From positions 83,452,001 through 83,516,000 of the forward strand of contig NC_135805.1 of the NCBI RefSeq assembly GCF_964213995.1: a stretch of DNA of 64,000 nt, written 5' to 3'. This stretch comes from Mustelus asterias (lineage: Eukaryota). Made by a program: the position numbers and the translations under genes. Below, one piece after another: positions 38,129 to 50,068 of this stretch; position 1 is the stretch's first letter, and every line of letters begins with the position of its first letter. The notes beneath the pieces are model-generated. The model worked only from the letters and a program-made list of their open reading frames with translations, did no database searches and was not told the DNA's origin.

Positions 38129-39780
38129 GTCATCTTGTGCAGTCCCTTGGAGTCGAGGATGAATCCACTCTAAAAATGAGTTCTCTGGTGACTGAGGAGT
38201 CCAATGTGTGACCCACAGTCTCTGTCACAGATGGGGCACACAGTGGTTGGAGGGGCGGGTGGGTGGGGTGCCCGGGTGGGTGGGGTGCCCGGGCTGCCAC
38301 TTGCTCCTTTCACAGTCAACGCTTGGCTTCAGCTTGCTCTCAGTGATGAAACTCGAGGTGTTCAGCTCCTTCACAGATCTTTTCCTTCCCTTCAGGCAAT
38401 CTTGGGCCAGGGATTCCTAGGTGTTGGTGGGTATAGTGCACTTTTTCAAGGAGGCTTTGAGGATGTCCTTGGAGTATTTCCTCTGCCCTCTGCAGCTCAC
38501 TTTCTGTGCCAAAGTTCCAGTAGAACGCTCGTTTCTGGTACATCGTGTTAGGCATATTGATGATGTGGCTCGCCCTGTGGAGCTGATCGTGCTTGGTCAA
38601 TGCTTCAGTGCTGGGGATATTGGCCTGAACAAGAGCAGTAACATAGGTGCGCCTATCTTGCCAATGGATTTGCAGCATCTTGCAGAGACAGGGCTGGTGG
38701 TAATTCTCCAGGGTTTTGAGGCACCTGCTGTACACAGTCCACATCTCTGAACCATTCAGGAGAATGGGTATCATCAATACTCTGTAGACCATGAGTTTGG
38801 TTTCAAGTCTGAGGTTCTGGTTGTCAAACGCTCTGTTCCTCAGACCTGAAGTCTGCGCTGGCACACTGAAAACAGTGGTGAACCTCATCATCAATGTCTG
38901 CTCTTGTTGAGAGTAGGCTCCCAAGATATGGAAAGTAATCCACGTTATTCATTGTGGATTATAATAACTGGAGGAGAATCAGTGCTGTGTGGTGAGGGCA
39001 GGTTAGTAGAGGACCTTTTACTTACGGATATTTAGTGTAAGGCCCATGCTCTCATAAGCCACGGTGAAGATGTTGATGATGACTTGAAGCTTGGCCTCTG
39101 AGTGTGCACAGATACAAGCATTTGATTTGATTTGATTTATTATTGTCACATGTATTAACATACAGTGTAAAGTATTGTTTCTTGCACGTAATACAGACAA
39201 AACAAACTGTACATAGAGAAGGAAACGAGAGAGTGCCGAATGTAGTGTTACAATCATAGCTAGGGTGTAGAGAAAGATCAACTTAACGCAAGGTAAGTCC
39301 ATTCAAAAGTCTGACAGCAGCAGGGAAGAAGCTGTTATTGAGTCGGTTGGTGCGTGACCTTAGACTTGTATCTTTTTCCCGAAGGAAGAAGACATTGTCT
39401 GCATACTGTAATTCAGTGCCAGAGGATGGGATGACTTTGGATCTGGTATGCAGATGGCTGAGTTTGAACAGATCCCTGTTTGTTCTGTAGTTTGGCTCCA
39501 CTCCATCGGGGAGCTTGCTGAGGGTGAGAGGAAGCAATGCAGCAAGGGAAGGTAGAGAAGAATGTTGGTGCGATGACACAACCTTGCTTGACCCCAGTCC
39601 AAACTTGAATGAATCCATTGTCAGGACTGCGGTTTGCATGTCATCATGGAGCAGGCAGAGGATGGTAACAAAGTTTTTGGGCAGCACAAATGGAGGAGGA
39701 CACTCCATAATCCCTCACGGGTGACAGTGTCGAAGGCCTTTGTGAGGTCAAACAAGGCCATGTACCATGGTGCAGCTGAA
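38129..39780 (-). mobile_element. Degenerate RTE-clade LINE (RT and 3' end)
   Basis: Minus ORFs with LQYADN, YESMGLTLNIRK and TKLMVYRVLMIPILLNGSEMWTVY...LENYHQPCLCKMLQIHWQD, typical of RTE/BovB-like elements. Confidence 0.85.
39121..39392 (-). mobile_element. Rex1/L2-type LINE 3' fragment nested in the RTE
   Basis: SLRSRTNRLNNSFFPAAVRLLN; (GATTT)n tail. Confidence 0.85.
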
Positions 39781-39784
39781 GCAT

Positions 39785-40700
39785 TACCGCCCTCTGAGTG
39801 AAGAGGTCTCTCCTCGTCTCAGTCCTAAATGGCCTACCCTGCATCCTGAGACTATGACCCTTTGTTTTAGATCCCTCAGCCAGGGGAAAACATCATCACT
39901 GCATCCAGTCTGTCCACCCCTGTCAGAAGTTTAGATGTTCCAATGCAATCCAAACTCATACTTCTAAACTCCAGTGAATACAGGCCCAATTGACCCAATC
40001 TCTCCTCATACAATAATCCTACCATCCCAGGAATCAGTCTGGTGAACATTCGCTGCAGTCTCTCTATGGAAAGTAAATGTTTTCATGGTTAAGGAGACCA
40101 AAACTGCACACACTACTCCAGGTATGGTCTCACTAAGACCCTATATAGATGCAGTAAGACATCCACGCTCCTCTACTCAAATCCTCTTGCAATTAAAGCC
40201 AACACACCATTTGCCTTCCAAACTGTTTGCTGCTCCTGCATGCTTGCTTTCAGTGACTGGTGTACTAGGACACCAGGTGCCTTTATATGTCAAGGTTTCC
40301 CAATCTATCATAATTTAAATAATACTCTGCCATAATCTGAATCTGCTTAAAGTCAGGAAATGTGCAGCCAGAATTTGATAACTTCACACTTATCCATGCT
40401 ATACTGCATCTGCCATGTATTTGTCCACTCACTCAACTTGTCTAAATCGCCTTGAAACCTCTCTACTTCCACCTCATCACTCACAATTCCACCTAGTCTT
40501 GTGTCATCAGCTAACTTGGAAATAGTACACTTGATTCCCTTATCCAAATTGTTGATATATATTGTGAATAGCTGTAGCTCAAGCACTGATCTCTGTGGCA
40601 CCCCACTAACCACTGCTATCTACTCTGAAAAACACCCATTTATTCCTTTTCTCTCATTCCGATATATTACCCCAAATCCCATGTGCTTTAATTTTTCACA
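39785..40700 (-). mobile_element. Degenerate CR1 LINE
   Basis: GVPQRSVLELQLFTIYIN...KLADDT...WQMQYSMDKCEVI. Confidence 0.88.
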
Positions 40701-40711
40701 CAATCACTTTA

Positions 40712-40842
40712 GGGTGGGATTTTCCGGCCGCGCTCACCCCAAGTCCGGAAAGTCCTGCCCGAGGTCAATAGACCTTTTCATGGCCTGTGTCCCGCCCACC
40801 GCAATTCCTGTGGCGGGCGGGTGGGATGGGAAAAATCTGCCC
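40712..40842. mobile_element. Short Harbinger-type MITE
   Basis: TIRs GGGTGGGATTTTCC / GGAAAAATCTGCCC; flanks TTA/TAA (TWA-like target). Confidence 0.7.
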
Positions 40843-41164
40843 TAAGTGTCTTGAAACTTAAGCCATTAAGATATTACCAGTATCAATATTTTAAATAGTT
40901 GTGCTGAAACTTGCCTCTTTGTTTTTGTGCCAGCAATAGTTAATTCACATTTTTACTTAGAGACAGGATTAAGGTCTTTCCATGGAGAAGGGGATAGGGA
41001 ACGCCATTTTTGGATCAGGTTACAGGCTTTGCTATAAATCCAGAGACAGTGACAGTTGCTGTTTTGGTCTTGTATAGTTTGCAAATCACGAAGTCCAGGA
41101 GTCAAAAGAGATAAACGTTAACCTGGCCTGCACCTTAAGCAGACAAAACCGGATGGAACAAAAA

Positions 41165-41300
41165 CAGCTCTGATGAAGGGTCATCCTGACTTGAAATGTT
41201 AGCTCTAGTCTCTCTCCACAGATGCTGTCAGACCGGCTGAGTTTCTCCAACATTTCATGTTTTTGTTTCAGATTCCAGCATCCGCAGTATTTTGACTTTA
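41165..41300 (+). mobile_element. PLE family B terminal repeat with hammerhead motif
   Basis: AGCT / CTGATGA / A-GGGTC-ATCCT-GACTT / GAAA-TG-TT / AGCT at 41166-41204. Confidence 0.7.
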
Positions 41301-41552
41301 TAAAACCAGACGAAATGCAGGTGGGTTCTCGTGCTCAGTTTGGAGACAGTGTTTGTGAGGGGAAAAGAGACATGAAGATTTGCTTACCCTGGAGTTTGAT
41401 GAAGCAATCTACAGTAACCCTCACAGTAAAAAGCTGTTAGTCTGGGAGCAAACTGGGAAAATACGTTTGAGTCTGTTTGAAGCCAGGAAATATGCAGGCA
41501 GAAGTGAGTTACACTCTGCAGCATTCTACGCCCCTGACACCTCATGCAGCCA

Positions 41553-41955
41553 TGATGTGGAGATGCCGGTGTTGGACTGGGGTAAACACAGTAAGAAGTT
41601 TAACAACACCAGGTTAAAGTCCAACAGGTTTATTTGGTAGCATAAGCCACACAAGCTTTCGGAGCTCTAAGCCCCTTCTTCACCTGATTCCACCTAGTCT
41701 TGTGTCTAGACTAGAGCTAACATTTCAAGTCAGGATGACCCTTCATCAGAGCTGCTTTTGTTCCATCCGGTTTTGTCTGCTTAAGGTGCAGGCCAGGTTA
41801 ACGTTTATCTCTTTTGTCTCCTGGACTTCCAGTGATTTGCAAACTATACAAGACCAAAACACCTGAAGAAGGGGCTTAGAGCTCCGAAAGCTTGTGTGGC
41901 TTTTGCTACCAAATAAACCTGTTGGACTTTAACCTGGTGTTGTTAAACTTCTTAC
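41553..41955. mobile_element. Fold-back PLE family A insertion enclosing captured local DNA
   Basis: Inverted pLTR arms 41553-41682 and 41860-41955; TSD CCTCATGCAGCCA at 41540-41552 and 41955-41967. Confidence 0.92.
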
Positions 41956-42181
41956 CTCATGCAGCCACAGTATTCATGTGGCTGGCATTATTCAGTTTCT
42001 GAAGGTCAAAGATGACTCTCTGCCAGGATGTTGATGGTGGGTAATTTGATGATGATAATGCCATTGAGTGCCAAGGGGAAGTTGTTAGACTTTTTTTCTT
42101 GTTGGAGCTATTGCCTGGCACTTGTGTGAAACAAATATTATTTGCCACTGAGCAGCACAAGCCAGAATGTTGTCCTGGTCT

Positions 42182-43050
42182 TTTGATTTGATTTGATTTA
42201 TTGTTGTCACATGTATTGTTATTCAGTGAAAAGTATCATACAAACAAAGCATACTGTTCACAGAGTACATAGGGGAGAAGGAAAGGAGAGGGTGCAGAAT
42301 GTAGTGTTAGTCATAGCTAGGGTGTAGAGAAAAATCAACTTGATATATGGTAGGTCCATTCAAAAGTCTGATGGCAGCAGGGAAGAAACTATTCTTGAGT
42401 CGGTTGGTGCGTGATCTCAGACTTTTGTATCTTTTTCCCAATGGAAGAGAGCATGTCTGGGGTGTGTGGGGCCCTTGATCATGCTGGCTGCTTTTCCGAG
42501 GCAGCGGGAAGTGTAGACAGTGTCAATGGATGGGAGGCTGGTTTGAGTGATGGACTGGACTACGTTCATAACCCTTTGTAGTTTCTTATTCAGAGCAGGA
42601 GCCATACCAAGCTGTGATACATCCAGAAAGGATGTTTTCAATGGTGCATCTGTAAAAATTGGTGAGAGTTGTAGCAGACATGCCAAATTTCCTTAGCCTC
42701 CTGAAAAAGCAGAGGCATTGGTGGGCTTTCTTAGCTATAGATCGATGTAGAGGGACCGGCATAGATTGCAGGTAATCTAGACACTTAGAAATTTGAAGCT
42801 CTCGAACATTTCCACTTCACGCAGGTTGGTGTAGACAATGGCATGTCCTCCACTACGATTCCTGAAGTTGATGACTATCTCCTTCATTTTAGTGACATTG
42901 AGGGAGAGATTATTGTTGTCGCACCAGTTCACCAGGTTCTCTATCTCATTCCTGTACTCTGTCTCATCATTGTTCGAGATCTGACCCACTGCAGTGGTGT
43001 CATCAGCAAACTTGAGAATGGACTTGGAACGGAACTGGGCCACATAGGCC
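42182..43050 (-). mobile_element. Rex1/L2-type LINE fragment (RT and 3' end)
   Basis: SILKFADDTTAVGQISNNDETEYRNEIENLVNWCDNNNLSLNVTKMKEIVINFR; (GATTT)n tail. Confidence 0.88.
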
Positions 43051-43959
43051 CATAGGGACTGTTTCATCCTCTGAGGAATTGTGAATGGAACTGCTGAATA
43101 GCATGCAATCAACAGCCAGTGTCCCCATTTCTGACCTTATGATGGCGGTCAGTCAGTGACAAAGCAGCTGAAGATGATTCGGGCTAGAACATCACCCTGG
43201 GAGTGATGCTTTGGGCAACAAAGAGTTGTTCACAGAAGGGTAAGACTCATAGGGAGAAGCATGGTATGGCTTGATGAACAGGGTCTTGCCAATGTCTAGA
43301 TGGTTTGAGTAGTGCAAGTTGTGGTAGGAATAGTTACCTGGTGGATTTGTCTAATTGGATCATTAAGTGGCAGGGTAGATAAACACAAACTAATTAATAT
43401 ATGAGCAAGGAACTAAGTGAGGAAATGTGTTAAATAGAAAAATAGTTACTGTGAATATTGTGTTTTGTGCCTTAGAGGTCGGCAGTGATGGCACCATGTT
43501 CTATGTGAGCAGCAGGAGTTTTATTTCCACGGATGGTTTAAGATGTCTGCTGTCACATGTTTACAGCTTCTTGCTTCAGATTAATTTTGGTTTCTCTCTC
43601 TAACTACGTAAAGAACAACAAACAGATACCAGACAAACGCAATTAACAATTGGATGCTACAAATATATCCATGATAACATCAGGCCTCTGTCTAAGTATA
43701 GGTTTTAAAAAGAAAATAAGGTGTTTATGACATTAGCAGAGGGATAAAATATCAATCAAAATAAGTTATATTTTTATTTCAATGGTTCAACTATTGTGCA
43801 GTGTTGTGTGCAGTTGTGATAACCTACAGATATAAGAAGAATATTATTGTTACATGGGTTAGCAACAAAGATGATTCCAGGTGTCAAGAATTCAAGGTAT
43901 GGAAACGATTAAGGAAATTAAATTTTATCTGCATGGAAAGAAGCAATTTGAAGTTTAAG

Positions 43960-44246
43960 TTTATTTTTAATGTCACAAGTAGGCTTACATTAACACTGCA
44001 ACGAAGTTACTGTGAAAATCCCCTAGTCGCCACACTCTGGCACCTGTTCGGGTACACTGAGGGAGAATTTAACATGGCCAATCCACCTAACCAGCATGTC
44101 TTTCGGGCTGTGGGAGGAAACCAGAGCACACAGAGAAAACCCACGCAGATACTCGGAGAATGTGCAGACTCCACACAGACAGTGACCCAAGCCAAGAATC
44201 GAACACAGGTCCCTGGCACTGTGCTAACCACTGTGCCACCGTGCCA
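43960..44246 (-). mobile_element. tRNA SINE (family of 11413)
   Basis: Reverse complement of 11413-11705. Confidence 0.85.
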
Positions 44247-45360
44247 CTGATCTCATTGGATTTCTCAAGGTTTTAAAGGTAAATGACAAGTTGTTGTGTT
44301 AAGAATAAAGAAGATGTAGAACATGGCACCGTTCACAATCTCAGGATGTCTGAAAGCACTTTACAAGGTACAAAGCGGAAGGGATAATGCAAACTATCCC
44401 AATGCCCTTTAAGAATGGTCCCCAGACCATCAACCGCATGAGATAACAATGACTTCCTGCTGCCATGAAAATTGGTGAACTCCTCATAGATGCATATTTA
44501 ATAAACTGAATTGTGCAAGATAATGCCTAGTCAACCATCCAAACACCACCCCCCCCCCCCCCACCCCCCGCTCCCCAACAACCCCCACCACCATGGAATA
44601 AACTCTCAACTTCCATGTCCACCACCAAACTTAGACTCCAGATTAGAGGATTCCGGCCGCTATTTCTATTCCTTTGTGAATTTAGTTGTAATGTAATACT
44701 AATTGAAACATCAGTCAAAAACTGGCAATTAGAAGTAAGAACGGAAGCGAGGAGGGTACATAAAAGATGATTGATATCTGGAATAAGGTAACAGAGAATG
44801 CCATTAAACTGCAGAATATAAATGGATTTAATAAATAATTTGATCCACTTCTGCAAAGCAAAAGGACTCAAAAAATGTGAGGAGCTAAACTGGTGGAATA
44901 AATCAAGATACTGCTCCTTAACCAAACGTCTTTCCTTCACTGTTCATAAAAAAACTCTTGTTCTTAGAGTTCCAAAATGCATCCATAATAAATTTGCAAA
45001 TAGTTTAACCTGGAGAATGATGAGAATCTGGTAATTTATATTTATTGGATTATATGACTCTTGCCTCATCAACAGGTTCAGATTGCATCATAGATCATCT
45101 TCCAAGTGAAGCTGAAGCTGTTTCTGAGCACTGACTGAATGCTAAATTTAGAGTGCAGCCGAGAACCTGTGGCCGAGCAGCCATCATTTCTTGTCCTAAT
45201 ATGTGCTGCTTGATTAGCAATTACTGCAAAATGTAAAGCGGGTGCCATTTATCACTGACAGCTAAGGTTTTACATTGTCTTTCTTGCTTCTCGATTTTAA
45301 AAATGTTTCCTGTCATGGAATATCCTCTGGTTTTCTTCTGTTTTATGTTCAGCCTATTAG

Positions 45361-45522
45361 AATAGAATCATAGAATTCCTACAGTGGAGAAGGAGGCCTT
45401 TTGGCCCATCGAGCCTGCATCGACAACAATCCCACCCAGGCCCTATCCCCGTAACCCCATACACCCACCCTGCTAATCCCCCTGACACCAATGGACAATT
45501 TATCTTGGCCAATCTACCTAAC
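45361..45522 (-). mobile_element. 5'-truncated HE1-type SINE
   Basis: Matches the HE1 3' half; another tail fragment lies at 25141-25236 (+). Confidence 0.8.
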
Positions 45523-47089
45523 TCTTTCTTTTGATATATAGATAATGTGCAACTTTTTAAATCTCTTTCACAAACACTATGGTATTAGTTTGGTGCTTCA
45601 ATGGTTAACAGTAGCAGTAACAAAAAGTATTTTACTTCCTTCTCTTGTGAGAATGTTAATTGAGGTTTGTAAGATGATTGAGCATATAGACTGTGCTCCT
45701 GTAGATTGTTTATTAGAACACAATAGGTAAGGGAGGACCAGGGTCCCAATATCAAGTCGTATAAGGCCAGGATTATGTTAGATGTTTGGTTCTATTCTCA
45801 GATAATATTGGAACGTTCTGCTGGCTGATGTGGTGAATGCTGATTTGCTGAATTTCTTCAAGTGAGAGTGGGATATGCTTCTGGCTGGGGTGAAGATCAC
45901 CTCTTACACAGTGTAACTTCCACATGATATTGGTCAAGGTCAGATAAGTATCCTGGACTGGTTTTGATTGCCTGTCGATGTTGGGAAGAATTTTCCAAAT
46001 TTTTGCCCTGAAGCAACCTTTGTATCTTTCTTTGCCAGATGATGGCTTTTGGGTTAGATAGGAGGTGTGTATATTGTGATTCATAAAGCTTTGTAATCGT
46101 GGGGACAAGCTGAGAGAACCAGAGGTCTTTTGCAGGCTGCCGTTCTTTATACGTTTATATGGTAGTGCCGAACCTTAAGTGACTATTTTTATTAGAGTCA
46201 GAATAGGGGATTATTGGTAGACTGTTTGACCAATTGAAGCTATCATAGCTGACCCAGACCCTCTGGATACACGGTCTGCACAGGAATAGAAATCCGGGCT
46301 AAGGGAGGGTCTGGCAGCATCTGTAGAATATGTCTCTCCTATATGTCTCTTCTTCGGAACTCGAGTAGAAGATGATTCTGAAGAGGCTTGACAGGGTATA
46401 TACTGACAGGTTGTTTCCTCTGACGGGGGAACCTAGAACACAGGGCACAGTTTTGAGATAAGGGTCAATCATTTACGACTGAGCTGAGAAGAAATTTCTT
46501 CACTACAAGGGTTGTGAGTCTTTAGAATTCTGTGCCAAAGAAAAACCCTATTGACTCGTGGCGCTGACTCCGTTTCTTTCCTGACAAATGCTTCCAGATC
46601 TGCTGAGTTTTTCCAGCACTTTCTATTTTTATTTTATGTCAGGTGGATTCTGTTCTCCTTCACCTCTCCTCCACACATGCATTAACAAAGTTGTGATCCA
46701 AACGACTAAAGTCCCAGTGTTATGCCTCATTTATGTCCTAGTGCTAACTCTGAAGACAGACGTGTCATTTAAACAATACTGTGTACGAACTGATAGAGGC
46801 AGGAAAATATACTTATCATAAAGTGTTTCATCAGCAATCCCCAGCAGCCACATGGTCCAGGCAATAAAAGCAAATGGCCTATTGCTTGACGTTGGCGCTG
46901 CCTCCACAGAAGCTAGGTTTCCTCCGCTTGCCTGCTTATCCTGGCAGTGACCTTGTAACTTCCCTGAGCAGTGAGGAAAGTTCATGGCCAGAATGAAAGC
47001 ATTGCCAATGTGAACTTTGAGAAATTGGTAACAGCTGCCAAAACCACCACAACAAGAATCGATTACTTAAGAGTGTAAGAAATAGGATA

Positions 47090-47605
47090 AATCACTGGTT
47101 CAGCCTCAACTGAAATACTGTGGCCAAATCTGGGCACTACACTTTAAGTGGGATGTGAAACATTAGAAAGAATACAGAAACGATTCATGAGAATGCTTCC
47201 AGGGATGTTGGATCTCAATTAGATGGATAGATTGGAAAAACTGCGGCTGATCTCCTCGGGAAGATTAAGAGAAGATTCAATAAAGGTATTCAAAATCATG
47301 AGGAGTCTGGCCAGAGTAGATAGTGGGAAGCTGTTCCAACTGGTGGAACCAGAGGTGACATGAGGGAAATCATTTCTCTGCAATGAATGGTTAAGATCTG
47401 GTATGCGCTGCCTGACCGCGTGGTGGAGGCAGGGTTAAGGTTAATTGCAGCCTTTGAAAGGGAGTTGGATAATTATCTGATGAGAAAAGAATTGCAGGAG
47501 TACAGAGAAAAGGGGGGAGTGGGACTTGTGAGTTGCTCTTGCACACAGTCAGCACTGATACAATGGGCTGAATGGCCTCCATCTGTGCTGCAACAATTCT
47601 ATGCC
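47090..47605 (+). mobile_element. Old CR1 3' fragment; another lies at ~46375-46530
   Basis: PQLKYCGQIWALHFK...MVKIWYALPDRVVEAG; CR1 3' UTR. Confidence 0.75.
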
Positions 47606-47814
47606 TCATATAATTCTATGATTGGGAGTTCCCGCCAGGGTCAGGATCAGAGGCAGGTGGGAGCTAAAAATAGCTTTGGATGATTTTTATGGAGGCAGGA
47701 TGTGGGGTGGCGCGTTACCAACCTGCACATGGTGGGTAGCTGACATGGCTCATCGAGAACCTATAAAGGCCAATTAAAGGTAGCTAATGGGGATTTTCCA
47801 AATGGCTTTCAACT

Positions 47815-48132
47815 TCATGGGTAGCACAGGCTTTAGCCCTGCTGCCTCAGAGTGCCGGGGACCCGTGCTCGATTCCGGCCTCCGGGTCACTGTCAGTGTG
47901 GAGTTTGCACGTTCTCCCCATGTCTTCATGGGTTTCCTCCGGGTGTTCCAGTTTCCTCCCGTATGTCCAAAGATGTGCAAATTAGGATTGGTCATGCTAA
48001 ATTGCCGCTTGGTGTTGGGGGATTAGCAGGGTAAATACGTGGGGGTACGGGGTAAGGACCTGGTGGGATACTTGTTGGTGCAGGCTCGATGGGCTGAATG
48101 GCTTCCTTCTGCACTGTAGGGGTTCTATGATT
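47815..48132 (+). mobile_element. HE1-type SINE
   Basis: Similar to the 51410 copy. Confidence 0.85.
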
Positions 48133-48199
48133 CGTGCTGGCCACGGACCAATTCCAGCAGCAGGTCAGGGGGCCAGCATTTGAAGCCAGTCTCAGAGCC

Positions 48200-48750
48200 T
48201 ATAGGATGCAGGTCCTGTAGTTATCACTGATGTCTTCAGCAGCTTTTCTAGTGATTCCCCACATGATCTCCAGTCTTCTGTATCTCTCCTAGTGCAGGTA
48301 ACAGAAATTTGCTTCACTCAGCAAAGATCAGGCATTCTTCTGTAAGCTGGGTCCTGAAACTGTGTTCATTAAAAGGCTACTCCACAAGCTGCAGCCAAGG
48401 TGTTTTCCTTTGACACAGTTGCTGGAAGCACTGTGCCTAGGTATAAGAGGTGCTTGTTGCCAGTTTCTGCATGCAGTCATGGTGGAGAGGATGTCCTAAC
48501 TAGGTACAAGGACATAGTCAGGGTCTTGCCTTTCAATATCAGCAGGAAATGGATGGAGGAAGCAGAGAGGGAAAGCTCCACATGGAGGAAGGGACCAGGA
48601 GGAGGAAGAGGCAGAGAGGAGGCATCTTGGGACCCATGCGAGGGGATAGATTGTGAGAGAGCAGCAATGAGGCTCGGTTTCCATAGGAACAACACAACCC
48701 GGGCCCTCCATTCACTGCCATCACATCCATTTCAGAATCCGACATGCCCT
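48200..48750 (-). pseudogene. Highly degraded Harbinger nuclease N-terminal relic
   Basis: Minus strand SFRTQLTEECL resembles the HARBI1-like N-terminus seen at ~27600; weak similarity. Confidence 0.35.
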
Positions 48751-49837
48751 ATTGGCCAGCTTCCAACAATAGATGTCAACAACAGAAACATTCACCAAAC
48801 AACTTTGTGTAACATCACATTCAATTATACAAAGAAAAATAAATTATTCACTCTTGTACAATCCCTTAGTGTTAATCTTATGGATGCCTTTGCTTCTCTA
48901 AGAGTTGCTGCTAAAGTGACTGCGGCATGGCTAATGAAAGGCTGCTGATTTTTTGAGTGGAGTCAATGGTCTTGCAGGTTATCTTCAAGAACTCGGAACA
49001 TTGATGTTTTGACTTTGACCTGCACCACCTCTGGTGCCAGCAGCTTGGGCTGACTGGCTGAGAGGCGACAGCAGCTTTATTGGTGAAATGGCAGTATGGG
49101 GTAATAGAAATCTGTCATCCTGAGAGAGAACAGAAAGTTTGAGTTCGGTGGAACCACCCCAACTCTCGCTCACCCTGGGATGAAACCTCTGCAATTCTAG
49201 TAATCTAGTACAGATTTCTGAACTGTTGTGAAAGTCTGTATGTTCCACTGAGCACAGAGATCCATACTTATGATGACAGCAGTCAGAGACAGCATAGCAA
49301 CAAGCATTAATCTCATGGCCTCTGTATTGGATGTCAGGGGACTAAGACATCTCACGATACGTTTTTATAAAATATCCATAGATTTCCTCATGGCTCATTT
49401 CTAAAATTATATAAACTGGACAAAGACCTCTAAATGGCTGAAGCTATGTCGGACTGTGACCCTGAATTTAAAAAAAAGCTACCATGGTAGCATTGTAGAA
49501 ATGTGTGCCTTGTTATCTTGAAGAGACACTAACGGCCCCTGTGGGCTCCATAGACTAAATTCAAAGAGAACTATACAAAAGCCATCTGCATTTCATAATT
49601 CAGACCTGGCCAACTGGAGCCTATCCATCTGCTCGGACAAAGGAATCTGCAACCACCCTTCAAGCCTTAATGATGAAACATTTAGCCAACTTGGGAACAC
49701 AGATGGTGGGGTGCTATAGACCCTTTGTTAAAGAAGTGATATTCATGTGACATGGAATCCTCTAGCTTATGTAATGCTTAGTATTACCTTGCTGTACTGG
49801 GGTGGGGGGGTGATCCTCAGTTTGCCGTTTTTCTATC

Positions 49838-50068
49838 TGTAATAAGTCTTCAGACGCAGAAGTCCCTTCATCAAAATCCCTTTATTTACAATTCCAACAG
49901 CAGTACACAGAGTGCTATCAGTCATCAGTCTATCTTTGGGAGTGCCAGGGGAATTGACACTCCTGGTTAAATACAAGGAAACGATTCTCTGGCCCATTAA
50001 TTGACTCCTTAATCAGGGAGTTCATATTCCAATAGGCCAACCTCAATGGCCTGATTGAAGTCATTACA
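49838..50068 (-). mobile_element. Solo LTR (Gypsy-like), 231 bp
   Basis: TGTAAT...ATTACA termini; exact 5-bp TSD CTATC (49833-49837, 50069-50073); AATAAA on the minus strand. It lies inside a larger LTR-like stretch (~49450-50600). Confidence 0.85.

Noticed and set aside
45773-46108. Possible L1/Tx1 C-terminal relic (minus ORF, 111 aa)
   Set aside because: Similarity too weak to support by eye.
48400-48948. 182-aa plus-strand ORF
   Set aside because: No recognisable domain; it overlaps a decayed transposon relic and starts at a non-ATG codon.
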